From assembly GCA_002633005.1 (NCBI GenBank), contig NMRA01000010.1, forward strand, positions 1,336,982 through 1,400,981: a stretch of 64,000 nt of DNA, given 5' to 3'. The notes below the pieces were generated by a model. It was not told where the DNA came from and did not search any database. It worked only from the letters and a program-made list of their open reading frames with translations. The first letter of the stretch is position 1, and the number at the start of each line of letters is the position of its first letter. Below, in pieces: positions 41,486 through 54,849 of the stretch. The stretch is from Phoronis australis (lineage: Eukaryota; Animalia; Phoronida). A program made the position numbers and the translations under genes.

Positions 41486-44400
41486 GGGTCGGAGCTCAGG
41501 TCAACGACCATGTCAGATAACAACATGGCATCAACTCAATTCTGTTACGAATTATTCGATTAAAAGTGAAAATATTGAGTTCTCGTCTCAGAGCATAGGA
41601 GTATTAGAGACATGCCATTCACTCGTTATTAATTATTGCGCGATGAGTTCAGAGGGATTAGGTGGGAAAACTGAGTGGTTGGTGCTCTCAAACAAGCAAC
41701 CGCAAACACATGGGTCATTACTTTCCCTCACTACTACCACGTACATTGCTTTGGCTTGAATCGTTCAAAAATTGAGTCACGAATTGGTAACATGTGTCAC
41801 ATGCTGATGACTCATACTTCCTACAGTTTTAAGTTTTAGTCGCCATCGGTGATTTTGTTTATCGTGTTACTGATTTGGGTTTTAAAAAGTCCATGAGTAT
41901 CCTCTTCCTGCACACAGACAGACCAAACGACATGTTAATATGCGAGAGTTTTTCAACTCTATATCACGATTGGGGATGATAATTTATTGCTTAATATGAG
42001 TACGAAGGTCCTCACACCATTTCGAAGTCAACGTTATTTGTGGCTTATTTTTAGCCCAAGACTACAAGCGCTTAAGTGATTTTTGTTCCGGATTCCCGCA
42101 TTCGGTGTTGATCATGGCGGTCCTTGTAGAGCTTGGACGGATGCTAGCCGCCTACCACCGAAGATGAAACCTCTCAACGTAAATATTGGATTTGGCATCG
42201 CGGTATTTACATGATTCGGGACTCTGCTTTGTTTCAGACCAATTGTTATCACTGTAGGCGGGGCTGAATTGTTTTTTAACCCACGGTTAAATTTAGGTGC
42301 CCCAACATCGTAAAAATTGGCGCCTGCTGGTTTGGCTGCGACTGACAAAACCTGGTGTTTTCAGTAATTTTATTACACCTCAGTTCTCGCCGTTGGCTGC
42401 AAATCGTTCGCTGAAATCGAAAGCGTTGACTACCTGACAAATAGGTACATGCTCTTAAAAAATTGTGCTACAGCATTCACCAAGTGATGTTTAGTCCCGC
42501 TAGCAGAGTTCGAATCAAGTTTTAAGACCATATTTTGCTCGCCGAATAGATCATAATAAAGCCTTCCTCATAGATGTAATGGGCTATCCAGATAGTCCTA
42601 GTAATACTATAGAAACGCATAAAAACGCAATTTCAAGTACATTTGGGAAATCTTACGCTGACAGGATTTACACGCAAGTGGACGAGAAAGCGTGCGTTGT
42701 TTTCCCCGGAATATCCAGCGAATATCTCGACACATCAAAGGCTAAATCGTGTCTTCTAAGATTGAAGAAAGGTAGTCGATATTCCAGAGCTAGGGTATTT
42801 TGGATGAGACAGCTGCGGTCACAAGCTATCGCGCCTGTCAGAAACGAACAATAAGTAAGGCAAACGACAAACATGGGTGTTTTAAGAATTGGAAAGAAAA
42901 TAGCAGCGTCTTTGAATCTTTAAGAATCAATGAATTATAAGAGAAATTAGCGAAAAGGCTTTCTTCAGCATCGCGTCTAAGCCACGCCGGAGCATTAATT
43001 TGTAAATCGATTAGGACGGGTTCGTCACAGTCTGGCTTAGGCTCGCATGGCCGTTGTTGTAACAAAACCCCAAATATTAGCGTAAGTATTGTTTAGTGAT
43101 CAGACGCTAGCACATCAAAGTATGCTTGATGTGATGTTTACCTTTGTCGCTACTTTAGGTTATTGCGAGAAAACAGCAAACAGAACGACCGATAGTAGTA
43201 GTTACGTTTTGATCATTCACTGATATCGGCAGTAGAGGTATGCATCTACTACAAGGACAATATATGGAATAGAACAATGTGAGCGGATGTTAATCCAATG
43301 TATGGAGTAACTGACGTGTCTCGTTGTGACGTAGTAATAAGCCATACAGTCCATACAATTTACATGTGTAACCTTCAACCAAGTGGAGAACTGAATTCAA
43401 TGGAAATGGATTTATTAGCAATACATGTACGTCAATGAAAGAGTTGGCGTACACGCAGGAAACCTTCAAAATCTACAGTTATAGTGTACATTATAGTCGA
43501 ATGATTGGATTGAATTCAAGCAATAAGGATATCACGAGCATAGTACTTCAGAGAAATCATTTGAGCCCACAACTTATATCACCGCTATTTTGACGTGATC
43601 TCACCGTGCTCCCGTTGACAGGTGTACTTAACACCTATTAAATTATTGAACTAATCCCATCAAATTTCTATCAGGTGAAAAACCATGTGGTTAATCGCTC
43701 ATTTGCTAGACCAGACGTGCAGCGATGAATACCTGTTTGACTCTGGGGTGAGTATGAGTAGTAGTCCCCCCATGCTATTCACGATCTAGGCATCAACTTG
43801 CAACCTCCTCCACATCGTTGTTACATGTGCAGATCACTAGATAAAAGTTCTTGCCAAACAAAATATTTTGTTAAAACAGACAGTTCACATTGCTTGTTTT
43901 TGTTTTTGTTATTTGCTTTCGAAACTTCAGTCTGCAATGAAATATAAAAGAGCCAAATGAATTTCAATTCCGCGATTTCCCTGGTAAAATATTAGTTTTA
44001 TCAACAAAAAGTTTGCTTATTTTGCTAAATTTGTGAGTTAGCAACAATAAACAATAGATGAAATCTACAAGAAACATCTACATGGCGCTTTTAGTCGCTT
44101 TTTTGATCATTCAAGGGGCTACGAAATAATTTTAATTAATCGTTGAACTCTTTCAGTTTTTCTATTTTCTATTTTTTCCTTTGCCTAATACAAATCTACA
44201 AAAATGTAGGTTTGTCAAATTAGCTTTTGCGTTGCAACCTCCAAAACAGAGCACTTCTGGCAAACATGTAAAATCCACGTGGTAATTGAAAAGCCACATC
44301 TAATTAAGTTAACGATTGAAAAACCCTTTGGGAAAAGAAATGATTTCGTTCGCGTCTTCCAAGATGTACGACTTAGAGGTGCATGAAGCTACTTTATGCC

Positions 44401-46043
44401 TGTTCGTACAATGTACAAATGTATCAAATCTGGATCCGTATTACAAACTAGAATAAATCGCAGCACTTGAGAAAAACCGAAATGGTGCAGACCCTGTACC
44501 AAGGAATGTCGCACGGTTGATGGGTGGATGGCTAAAGTGAGGGCAGTACCCTATCGATGCCTCAAAGGAGATAAGTTAGGAAAGAAATGACCAACAGCTG
44601 GCGTAGGGGAAAGATATGGAAACCATAGTGTCCAACTGGGCAACAGCTAACGAACTAGTAGCTGTATCACGTCTTTCTAGAGTCCAAAGTACAGAGAAAG
44701 AAAACATACAATCAGCAGCACAGTAAGCCAGTTGGAGCAACCTGTTCTCTAAACAAACTTAGCTACTGGAAAGCCAGCGTTTAACAAAAAAGGCAACTTC
44801 CGGGAACCTTTGTTAAACTAACGAGACGGTTTACTCTGTTCATACATTCATGCACGACAAATTTCATGAAATTCATAAAAGAACTTGACGGATAAACCAG
44901 CATGCTTCAGAGACCTAAAACTGTCACTGGGGGCCCAGCAGTTGTCAAATAGGTTTCAAAATCTACGTGGATTGGTCACCTATTTGTTGATTTCCATGAA
45001 GTCCCAAGTCGAAGTTTTTAGTAGACTAGATATAGGCTGGCTTGGTCAAGGTGTGTAATTGGGGTGTTATGTAGTTTGCATGGAAACACACCAAAATGGT
45101 TTCTAATTTTTGCAATAGAGTAACTCCATGAAATTTAATATTTCATCACCAGCACCCCGCACACTGGCTTCTTGGACACGTAAAAGTTGGCAAAAATACA
45201 GTACAAAAATTAAACATAATTTATCGATCTTTGCAGTCGCTGCCTGCTTTTGTTACCAAGGGCCACGTTTGTTTTAGTATCTTTTCGAATATTGATTGTC
45301 AGTGTGTAAAAACATATATATTCTTGATAATCAGTGAAGACGATAATGGAAATGGAAGTGTTGCTCGAACATTTGTAAGCACGTGACCACGTTTTTCGAT
45401 TTACCATGAAGGCCTCCATAACTTCCACAGGTCTCATATTTTTCCTAAGAGAGTTGTAAATTCTGCTTATTTGGTCTATTAGCTACAAAACGATGTCTGG
45501 GATTTCAAGACCTTTGAAACAGAAATATCGACTGCCAAAAAATCAAGACCTCGACTGTCTGTGAAAATTTGGAGATCTTGATTTTTGACAGCCGAGTTCT
45601 GGGGATCAAAGACCTTAAATGGAATCCAAGACAACATTTTGTAGTTGATTGACCAACTAAACAAAATCTGTAAAATAAATGAGAATATTTTAACGTCTGT
45701 GCAAGTTACTGCAGTTTCTATTTTGTAATTTGGGCTGAAATCAAAACGTCAGAAATGGCCGAAAAGCGTCGGGAGACATTCTGAGGGCTTCAGTAGCGTA
45801 CACGCATTTCAGCTAAAGTGTCCCACTGCATCAAACAATTATGCCTACCTATGCTACATTTTGTTATGTTTTAAACCAAGTTACGAAAAAGCAGTAAACA
45901 CAATATTGTTAAAGTTAATAAATAAGCGAGTTTTGTTCGTGCGAGTTGAGCCTGCTTACATCACGTGACAAATGTGCGCAACTTTGCCATTTATGGGACT
46001 GCAATGTGCAGCTTGTCATTCGCTCAGCAGCTGTACTATCAAT

Positions 46044-46200
46044 ATAGATTATTACATGGCGAAGTCGTTATTCCCAGTTATCCTCGTGGATTTTGTAGAA
46101 TTATCATCCTCGGGGCTAACGCCCCTCGGGTGATAATTCTCCAAAATCCATTCGGGCTCTAGATAAGGGGTATAACGACTGAGAACATGTAATAATCTAT
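46044..46200. mobile_element. Whole-length palindromic MITE
   Basis: Perfect 15-bp termini atagattattacatg / catgtaataatctat; interior also self-complementary (tggatttt..agaattatca.cc.. vs ggtgataattct..aaaatcca). Confidence 0.75.
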
Positions 46201-47713
46201 TTAGATCACATACTAAACGAGAAACACTGCAATGAATCGATCTACATTTCTCGACTCGCCTGGGCTTTGTAACTACTTTCTATGTCAGTGGCCCGAGGTC
46301 GGAGGGCATGACCTTTTAAGAAAAGCCAATTTTTTTGTCAAATAATGCCTTTACTCAAAACCGCTCGAAAATATAAACAAAACAGAAATAAAGTGAATCT
46401 ATAAATTAAGGTTTAGCAACTATTAAAGCTTACTAAACATTTTATCACGCTAAGCTTCGACCGGGAAAATATCGTCTGCTAAAGTAGGTTACCTCTAGTA
46501 ACTGAGTATAATGCTCAAGTCAAAGGATCCCGACGACACGATACCCGCTTTCAAATTGGAAATCGGTGATTTACATGTGAGAGAACACGAGAGAAAAAAT
46601 TCACTGAATTAAAATACCGCCTTTATGGAAATTATGCGTCTTATTTTTCAAAGCGTATAAATGTCGGTACAATGCCCTTTGCTGAACATGTAATTGTTGC
46701 GCGTTCTCAACTTATTCTGCTAAGCCTGTATTCAGACAACTTTCCTGTGCGCTGAGTTAAGTAGGTCACCACTGCTGCTGTGCACTGGGTTGTTATGAAG
46801 GTCACTTAGATTAATGACCTAGCCTTTTTAAATTGGAAATTTGAAGGGACTATGTCAACTTTACATAAAAGTTTCTTGCACGAAAGGAATTTAATGGAAA
46901 TTTTCACCATATGCATATCTTTACCGTAGCCTTGGTGTAAATAATTCTATAAACTTTCAAACTGGACACCCTTTGTTTTTATATGTTTTCGTACATGCTG
47001 ACACTAAAAACTGCAATAAGCATATTTAAAAGGGAATTCATGAGACTTGCATGTGTAATAAAGCACATTTATTGTCTGTAACATCACATATACAAACAAG
47101 AATGTACAGTATATAACATACCTCAACTTTGTACGATTACAAATTCATGACTGGTGCAGTTGCTTGCTAAAGTCTGTTTTGAAGTTCATCTTGGTTTGCA
47201 AAAACTTGAGACACGGGTGGGGACACAAAGCTATTCTGTGGAAAGTCACACATATATCTATTTCTGAATGAGTTTCATCATGTTTCAGAGTCCCTTTCGT
47301 TATGCCTGAAAGGCGTGAGCAAAGCATCGTCGTAGGCCCCTCAAAGTTCAGCTTCAGGGACCGATAACTCCTCCAAAATTGCACTGAGATCCAAATCGAT
47401 AGAATCTGCATTAGTGTGACTGTTGTGCTAGTTTCCCCGTCACTGTCACCGTCACTGTTGAGTGCCAATTCCAGCTCCTTTTCACTATCTCAGTCCATGA
47501 ACACTTCCTCAAGAAACTGGTCAATAGTCACCTTACCACGCTTGGCACCAGCCAAGATAAAACTTGCGTAAAGATTCAAATATCTCAGAAACAAATAACC
47601 ACAGCAATACATGTATACATGTACAGGAAACTATGAACTGTGGAATGCGCATGCTCACATATATAAGCAGCATACGGGGATTTCACAATTTTTGAATGAA
47701 AAACACCAGTGTC

Positions 47714-50407
47714 CAGTGGCGGATCTACGTTTTCAGTAAGGGGGGGTTTAGGATTNCCGACCGGGGGGGGGGGAGGTCGGGAGGGGTACACCCCCTTCCC
47801 GTGTAAGACAACTTTTTTGTTTTTGTAGCCAAATAGTGAAATTTCCATGCATCCTCGTACGTTTCTGACACTTAACATGTTCCTGGAGTTTTTCGTAAGA
47901 TAGTTAGAAACCCTTCTCGATTTCGTCACATGAACTTGGCTCATAAGTTTCGTGAAACCATATTTGTGCACATCTGGGTATGAGTCACACCACCAGCAAA
48001 AATATTTGTTGGAACATCTGCTTACATACACCTTTTAGCGGCATACGAAAAAGTGTGGTGTGTATACAGGGGTTTAGACAACTACCAAATATTCAAGAGC
48101 ATAAGGAGCACCGACGGGGCGTAAAAACTTGAATGTCAGATAATCGCAACAGCCTCAAGCTGTTTAAGAACGAAGACCTGTACTGTTAGTCCGGAAATAA
48201 ACATGTGTTCTGTCTCGTTACGAGAAAAACTGGCGAACGATGGTGCTCTCAGCTCATAGTCTATTATTAAAAGCGACAATAAACAATTAAGTATCACGTT
48301 ATTAAGCTGAATCATGTTGACAACAATTGAAAAACATCAAATGTATTAGGAAACAAATCAGCTGAAAACAGTCTCACGAAACCAAAGCACTCTGTAGGCC
48401 TACACCGTGGTGAAAAGATATACAGGAGCAGTTCGTAGAGGGACCAGATGTACACTGAGAGTACACAATAACTCTGGCCTGGTCCGTCACGAGACCAAAA
48501 GTACACCTGTGCTTATTATCCCTATAAAAGTAGTCGATCTGTCGCAGGACCAAACAGTACTGGCATAGATAAATAGATTTACAAAGCACACTTTGTTAAA
48601 AAACATCACAAGACTAGTTCGCCGAGGGACCAGAAGTACACTGAAACTCGTTATCTACACAAATCAAGCTGGCCTGGTCCGTCGCGAGACCTAAAGCGTA
48701 CTTCGCAAAAAACTTTGAATTGAAAACTTCTCTCTAGACTCCTTTTAATCCCCAGTGGTTGCTAATACGTATAGTTTACTTATCTGGTGGTCAGCTGCTG
48801 CGAGAGGTTGTCTAGGAAGGGTTTTTGCACCGTTCCGTAGTATTAACTGGAAGAAACAAGTATTGAGAACAGATTTAGCTACGCACTACGTGAAATAAGA
48901 TTTTAGATATGAAGCAAATAGACTCAAGTGGAAATACAAACCAGAATCAGTTTCTGTGCGCTCGTAGACCCTCTGCTGTACTGGGTAAATTTGGCATATC
49001 CAAAAATAATTTCTATTTCGTTTTCATTGTACACAAGCATAAAAACCGACATAAATTACAAACTGTGTATAATTATAACTTATTACCTGGGTGTATCTCC
49101 AGGAATGTTGGTCCTATCTTTCTGTTGTCTAGACTGCCGAGGAATCTGCATATCGGATCCAATGGTTTGCTGCTCTTCGAACCATTCTACCCAGACATCT
49201 TCCACGTTTGTTCCCAACGCTTGCACTTCGTCAACTGCTGTGTCAATGAACTTGTACGCCTCCACAATGTCAGCATCTCGTTTCACAACTCAGTTGGCAC
49301 TAAGGCCCCTAAGGTTACCAAGTCCATTCAAAAGACTTACAGCTTTTGCAACTAAATTTGATCCGTTCATCATGAACTACTTCAAACCTTGACGATGTAT
49401 CCCAGGACCCATTTACATCTCTTGCAATCTTCGAAAAAAACGTCCCAATGTCTGAGCGCTTGAAACCCGAAGTACTAACATCAAATAAATGCCCATGGGC
49501 ATGGGCGTTTCGTCGGGTGGGCCTTTCTGCGGAAATTCCAAGTATAGAAAACGGCAGTGGTGCTTATTGCAGGTAGAAAGACGGTAGGTGTTGAGGTCGG
49601 CACTAGGGCTCCTTAGGGGGCCCGTTGAACATCGCACGAGTCTCGCAAGACTTTGTTGTGAAAACGCAGCCTCCCCGCAATTTCTGGTACTGTACACTGT
49701 TCGCGAATGCGGTCATTTCGTCAATGTGAGTGCCCCCTTGGTCATTCCTTGTATAGACATAACTTGTTAGAGTGCATCTTCAAACAGACTCGTGACCAGA
49801 CCACGGCGCCTGCCACAAGCAATTCTTCGAAAAACGAGTTTTCTCAAAAGTATTACATGTACATGTACACTGTATGATATTGCGCAAGACAACTTTATTA
49901 TACACCAGTCAAATTCGAGTTACAAACGCGTGGGGTGTAATAGGATGACACGGCATGACAGATGAGGTAAAAACGTTGCACGTCAATTCGCCTGAATATC
50001 AGAGTTGAGGCACCACAGTATTTCCCCTAATCAAACCAAAACATACTTTAGACTAAAGAAGCTAGTTACCTAAAGAAATCAGCTATAGAGCTGCTCTTTC
50101 AGCGGTGGATCTATCTAAAAGGCTTGGCTACTTCAGAAGTGTCGACGGAAGCGCACAATTGATCTCCGGGCTTTTGTCGATGAGCCACGAAGACTCGAAA
50201 CGCGTTGATTTTCATAACAGCGATTCACAAAGCAAAAAATATATTTTCAGATTGAACACCCCCCTCATTTTTTCCAAGTTGGTTTACTTGGGGTTTACAC
50301 ACGTTGGCAGTATCGTTTTTGTTTTGCTGGAGACGTTTTTTTTTAATTTTTGGATCCTCGCCCGAGGGGGGTTGAAACCCCCTGTACCCCCCGTAGATCC
50401 GCCACTG
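47714..50407 (-). mobile_element. 2.7-kb decayed hAT transposon with perfect 16-bp TIRs and 5-bp TSD (hAT5-like)
   Basis: gtgtc|cagtggcggatctacg ... cgtagatccgccactg|gtgtc; contains a hAT transposase fragment. Confidence 0.85.
49083..49420 (-). pseudogene. hAT transposase fragment (P52rIPK/ZMYM1-like)
   Basis: NGLGNLRGLSAN*VVKRDADIVEAYKFIDTAV...NVEDVWVEWFEE...IPRQSRQQKDRTNIPGDTP matches the LQ..DI..AY...PR...RQ..R.N.P..TP signature. Confidence 0.7.
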
Positions 50408-50569
50408 GTGTCCTGGGGTGAGCACACTCTCCTTGCGCAACATAGCCGTAGCTAATTATAGGCGATTGAGTACACGCGACGCATTTTAACAGGATAATAG
50501 GCTTGTCGGCTGACCTCGCCTAGCGCAGGATAAGGGTTAAGTATTCTATTTTCACGTTCGATGACGTCA

Positions 50570-50640
50570 GCCGCAGAGTGGTGTAGTGATAAAGTCGGCG
50601 TCTCGAAACTCTTGAGGCCCGGGTTCGAAACCGGCCGCCA
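50570..50640 (+). mobile_element. tRNA-derived SINE head / tRNA-like pseudogene
   Basis: A-box-like TGGTGTAGTGA and B-box GGTTCGAAACC at tRNA spacing; acceptor stem does not pair well. Confidence 0.5.
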
Positions 50641-52583
50641 AATGTTACCTCACTAGTGAGATAACTAATTGGGTTATTACGCGGTTGTATTTGCCATTTG
50701 ACGCTAATATTGTGGTATAATTAGAACTTATTCGAGTGGTCTGTTACAGAGAAAGTGTTTTCCAACCATGTGTTTAACCAAAACATCAAGGCCGTCAGTA
50801 GCCGAACACCCGACTGATACTGAAAGCAAAATGCGAAAAAGCAAGGCACGTGCTTGTAGATAGGATGTCGGAGTTCCGGTTATAACTTTGAGGGTAACAT
50901 GTAAACACATCGTCCCTGGCATAAACATTAAAACAAGACTTTCACGAATCACTGTCTAGTCTTTTCTTGGGATATTGTGGCTTATTGGAACCAGTACAAA
51001 AGCTTGCATACATCTTGGAACGTTTTTGCTGTGCTTCAAATTGCAAAGTGCCTGCTGAAATATGAAGAGTATTCTGGGACCCACTTCTTCACTTGTAAAT
51101 TTATGCAACTCGCTGTACAGCAGTGCACTTATCCGCGTGCTACGTTAAAATCAGGACACAATTTCTGTTACCATGCCTACAAGTTCCCAATAGCGTAAGA
51201 GGATTATAAATTGCAATTAACTTAGTGCAGTTTCTGTTTCGGCCCATCGCTTACAAGCGACAGAAAAGAATACAATAGCCGGTAGTCTCTCTCTCTCTCT
51301 CTCACGTTTCCACAATGGCGGGTGCTTATTGACTTTTTCCGACGGCCCAATTCACGGAAATAGCCGAGATCCCGTTCGCGCCCGTTTTCAGTCCATACGC
51401 AAGCTCCGCCCACGAGGTCACGTGATCGGAATAACTTAGAAACAAGCTCAACGAGTATTTGACGCTGCATCAAATATATTGTTCAATATCACGTAGTTAC
51501 TCAACCTATTTTTGGTGTTGACATGTGCATGATCTGAAAAGGAAGTTTTACTTTGTAATATATGTGAAAATATCATTTAATGTCAAAAATTCCAACAAAG
51601 TTAGGCATTGACATTAACGCCCTCCACTAAAGTTAACGATAACGCCTTTGGAAATGCAATAAAATTATATGGAATGTTTCAGTGTTAAGTTATAAAGATT
51701 TCGTCTTTCTCATTGTGATATAGTGAATTACAAGTTACAAACAGAATTGTTGAAGTGTTAACTTTGAGCCCTGTTTTGACGGTCAGACATCGTTGCAAGG
51801 TCACTTTACGTCATTATTGTGACGATAGTGGAATAGGCTAACTAACCTAAATACACACAGTCAATCAGTTTAACTAACTACATGTAAGCGAAACTCAATT
51901 GATTTTCCTTATTGTAGTCTCCCCCGGTGAACGTAGGGTAAGCGTTATATTTCTCTTCTACAACAAAGCAAGAACGTGTGAAACTCACGCAGGTCATAAT
52001 ATTTCAAGAAATTTGCTTACAGTTTAAAGCATTATATAAGGATTGTGTTCTTTAACTTTTATAGCCACGGCAAATCAAACTGGCAACACTGAAGAAATTT
52101 ATTAGCGAAATTACTTAAACTTAACCGTTTTTCAATCCAAAACCACGACCGGCATCCGACTACAAGTCACCGACGAACACAGACTCAGCGCAAATACACA
52201 TTCCAAAAGTTGGATAAACAATGGTTGCCGACCTCACCGTTTTCATGGCTAATTTGACAAATCTGAGAGGTGTCTGAATTTCCAACCAAAACATGTTTTG
52301 CTGCCAAGAAATGACAGAATATTTAAGAACTCTCAAGGGTTCAAAATAGACCAAACTTCACTTTCTGAAAAACTTGCACTAATAATAATAAATATCATTT
52401 GCAGTGACCCAGCTCATAAGGGTTAAGTCTCGAACTGCAAGTTAATTCTACAGACGCCAACTTTTAATAAAATTCACGAGGTTAACGTGGCTCAAACAAC
52501 TATTGAGCTATACCATATTGTCACGAGGAACCATTGTGTCTTATAGGGATAAGTGCCCGCTTTCTTTACTCAAAGTCGAGAGT

Positions 52584-52683
52584 TTGAGTCCCACTGAGGA
52601 AAACTGCTAGACCCTTGAGTCCCACTGAGGCACACTGCTAGACCCTTGAGTCCCACTGAGGCACACTGCTACACCCTTGAGTC
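52584..52683. repeat. 31-bp minisatellite, ~3.2 copies
   Basis: Unit ttgagtcccactgaggcacactgctagaccc. Confidence 0.93.
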
Positions 52684-54000
52684 TAGTCTCTAGCTCCTAA
52701 GCTCGGATTTAACTGTATAAGATATAAAGTATACAAGTGGTTCCAGGCGACCAGTACATTGGGCTCATCTGAGCGACCTGTGTACGTCTGCTACAACGTA
52801 TACCACGTTGGCTATTATTATATTTTTACCATTCACCAGTACGCAAGTTTAGTTGGGCGCCCATCCGACCGCAGATAATGCACAGCGGCCTAGTTCACAT
52901 CAACTTAAACACTAGTTAATTTGAATTGTCGACTATAATTTATTCACCTTTTAAATTGCTATGAAAGTCCATGATTGAGACAGTTTAAATTTTTTTCTGC
53001 CCTCTATTTTTGCGAGTACGTGATCAAGCGCAACCTATTTATTTTCTAAGCAGGGGCAATAAATTACGTGTTCTATTGGCTGCAAAACGTAAGCCTACTC
53101 TTGATTCGACTTGCAACCAGACCCTCAATGTCCAACACAACTGGTTTATGCTAATGGAAAGGAGCTAGGGTGCAAATTTTCATTATTACCTATGAATACC
53201 AGCATCGTATTTTTCTCGGTTTGATGACAATTCCATTCTATTCCTGTGCACAGGAAATAATCATGACTTGGCCTATCACTCCGTTCTCTTCTTCACGTGA
53301 CCATTCCACGTCTTATGTCGCAATTCAACGGTTTTGAATTTCCGTTATAATTAAACTACTTTATCCAATTCTCGTGTGGCTATGGGTTTTAGGAAAAACT
53401 CGATTAAAGCTGTGTGCAAACGTAAGATAATTACTATTCGGTTCATCAACTTTCGTCTCAGTTGCATACTTCATCTTGCTCAATAGGGTACTTCTCATAT
53501 TGGCACTCTTTAGACTAATGGGTGCACGATTGATCCCGATTCAGATTTGGAACTCCAGAACCACATAGAGATTCATTAATTTGAAAGCAGAGGAGTAACT
53601 TCCATTGTCAGCTCTTCCCATTGCTTTATTAGTCATTTCTTCCGAAGTCCGAAAATTAATAACAATCCGAGTTAGAAACAAGCGGAGACCAACTGTATAA
53701 CCTCATGAAGCCCAAATCAAAAGACAATTTTGGCGAGACGCGAAGGTGTTTAGGTGTCTTTAATTTACATCCGTTATGAGATATGATTTGTTTGGGTGAC
53801 GAAATATAATGTAACTCGCATTTTGATTTAGTGTGAAAGCATCCTGTTTTGCAATCATCGCCACTGGCAACGGAATTAATAATTATTTGATAGCCGTTGA
53901 TTAAACCTGCTGTTTATTGTGCAATTGGCAGGACGCAATGTGTTTTTACTGTGCCTTTGAACTTTCGACCCTTGTTTAGTGAACCAGGTCTAACTTCTGA

Positions 54001-54328
54001 AAATGTGACCGCTCGAACATACTGTAACAGATCCATGATACATGTAAGTGTAACTGGCTTCAAGTACCAAAATGTTGCTACAAATGTGACCGCTCGAACA
54101 TACTGTAACACATTCATGGTACATGTAAGTGTAACTGGCTTCAAGTACCAAAATGTTGCTACAAATGTGACCGCTCGAACATACTCTAACACATTCATGG
54201 TACATGTAAATGTAACTGACTTCAAGTACCAAAATGTTGCTACAAATGTGACTGCTCGAACATACTGTAAAACATCCATGGTACATGTAAATGTAACTGG
54301 CTTCAAGTACCAACATGTTGCTACAAAT
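54001..54328. repeat. 81-bp minisatellite, 4 copies
   Basis: Unit aaatgtgaccgctcgaacatactgtaacacattcatggtacatgtaagtgtaactggcttcaagtaccaaaatgttgctac at 54001, 54082, 54163, 54244. Confidence 0.95.
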
Positions 54329-54682
54329 CCTGAGCTAACTTGGCATCTCAGTAAAAAACTGCAACTGAACAATATCGGTGATGAAATCCACAACAACATC
54401 TCAAATTCACAAAGTAGGCTGCGTTTTCAAACGAACGAGACACAGCAATCTGTGTAAATGGAACAATACCATCTTTCTAAAAGCAATAGAAATGCCCTGT
54501 GAAAACTTTATGTTTGAACTGAAATCGCCTTTCAAGTCAATCATTTCTCACAGATTCATTGTATACCACCACCTAACACATACGTTTCCAATACAGCAAT
54601 ATGCAATCGTTATTTGTGACCACTGTTGAATGAACTTATTTTTTTAAACCAACGAAAGAAATTATGATTACGTTTTGTTTAG

Positions 54683-54849
54683 GTTTGTGACTTTCCTCGG
54701 ATGGATTACTGGCATGCAATGTCAGTGGCACCCAGAGACACCTCCAACTCCGTGGGGATTCGACCAGTTTCAGCTTGATCAAGCATGCTTTGAAGCCAAC
54801 GAGACATTGAAGTTTGAACACGAGGAAGACAAACTTTACTTGAGGCTCG
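54683..54849 (+). CDS. Gene C (downstream heme peroxidase paralog), exon homologous to gene B exon 2
   Basis: ttgtttag|G...G|gtatgt; FVTFLGWITGMQCQWHPETPPTPWGFDQFQLDQACFEANETLKFEHEEDKLYLRL aligns with FSQDELDRAFRLANTRMQKERETRKMFKEL; same phases, 167 vs 164 nt. Confidence 0.8.

Noticed and set aside
47145-47560. Minus-strand acidic ORF remnant with vague HECT-like look
   Set aside because: Stops and frameshifts; no diagnostic motif identified.
50570-50640. Functional tRNA gene
   Set aside because: A and B boxes are present but the cloverleaf acceptor stem does not form; treated as a SINE head.
52584-52683. 31-bp repeats of CRISPR-like length
   Set aside because: Head-to-tail with no unique spacers, no cas genes, eukaryotic context.
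53254-53290. Candidate first coding exon of gene C (cag|gaaataatcATG, MTWPITP)
   Set aside because: Resembles the gene B start, but the required phase-2 donor (GTTCTC) is poor; alternative donors near 41138 and 51938 are equally unsupported, so no call is made.
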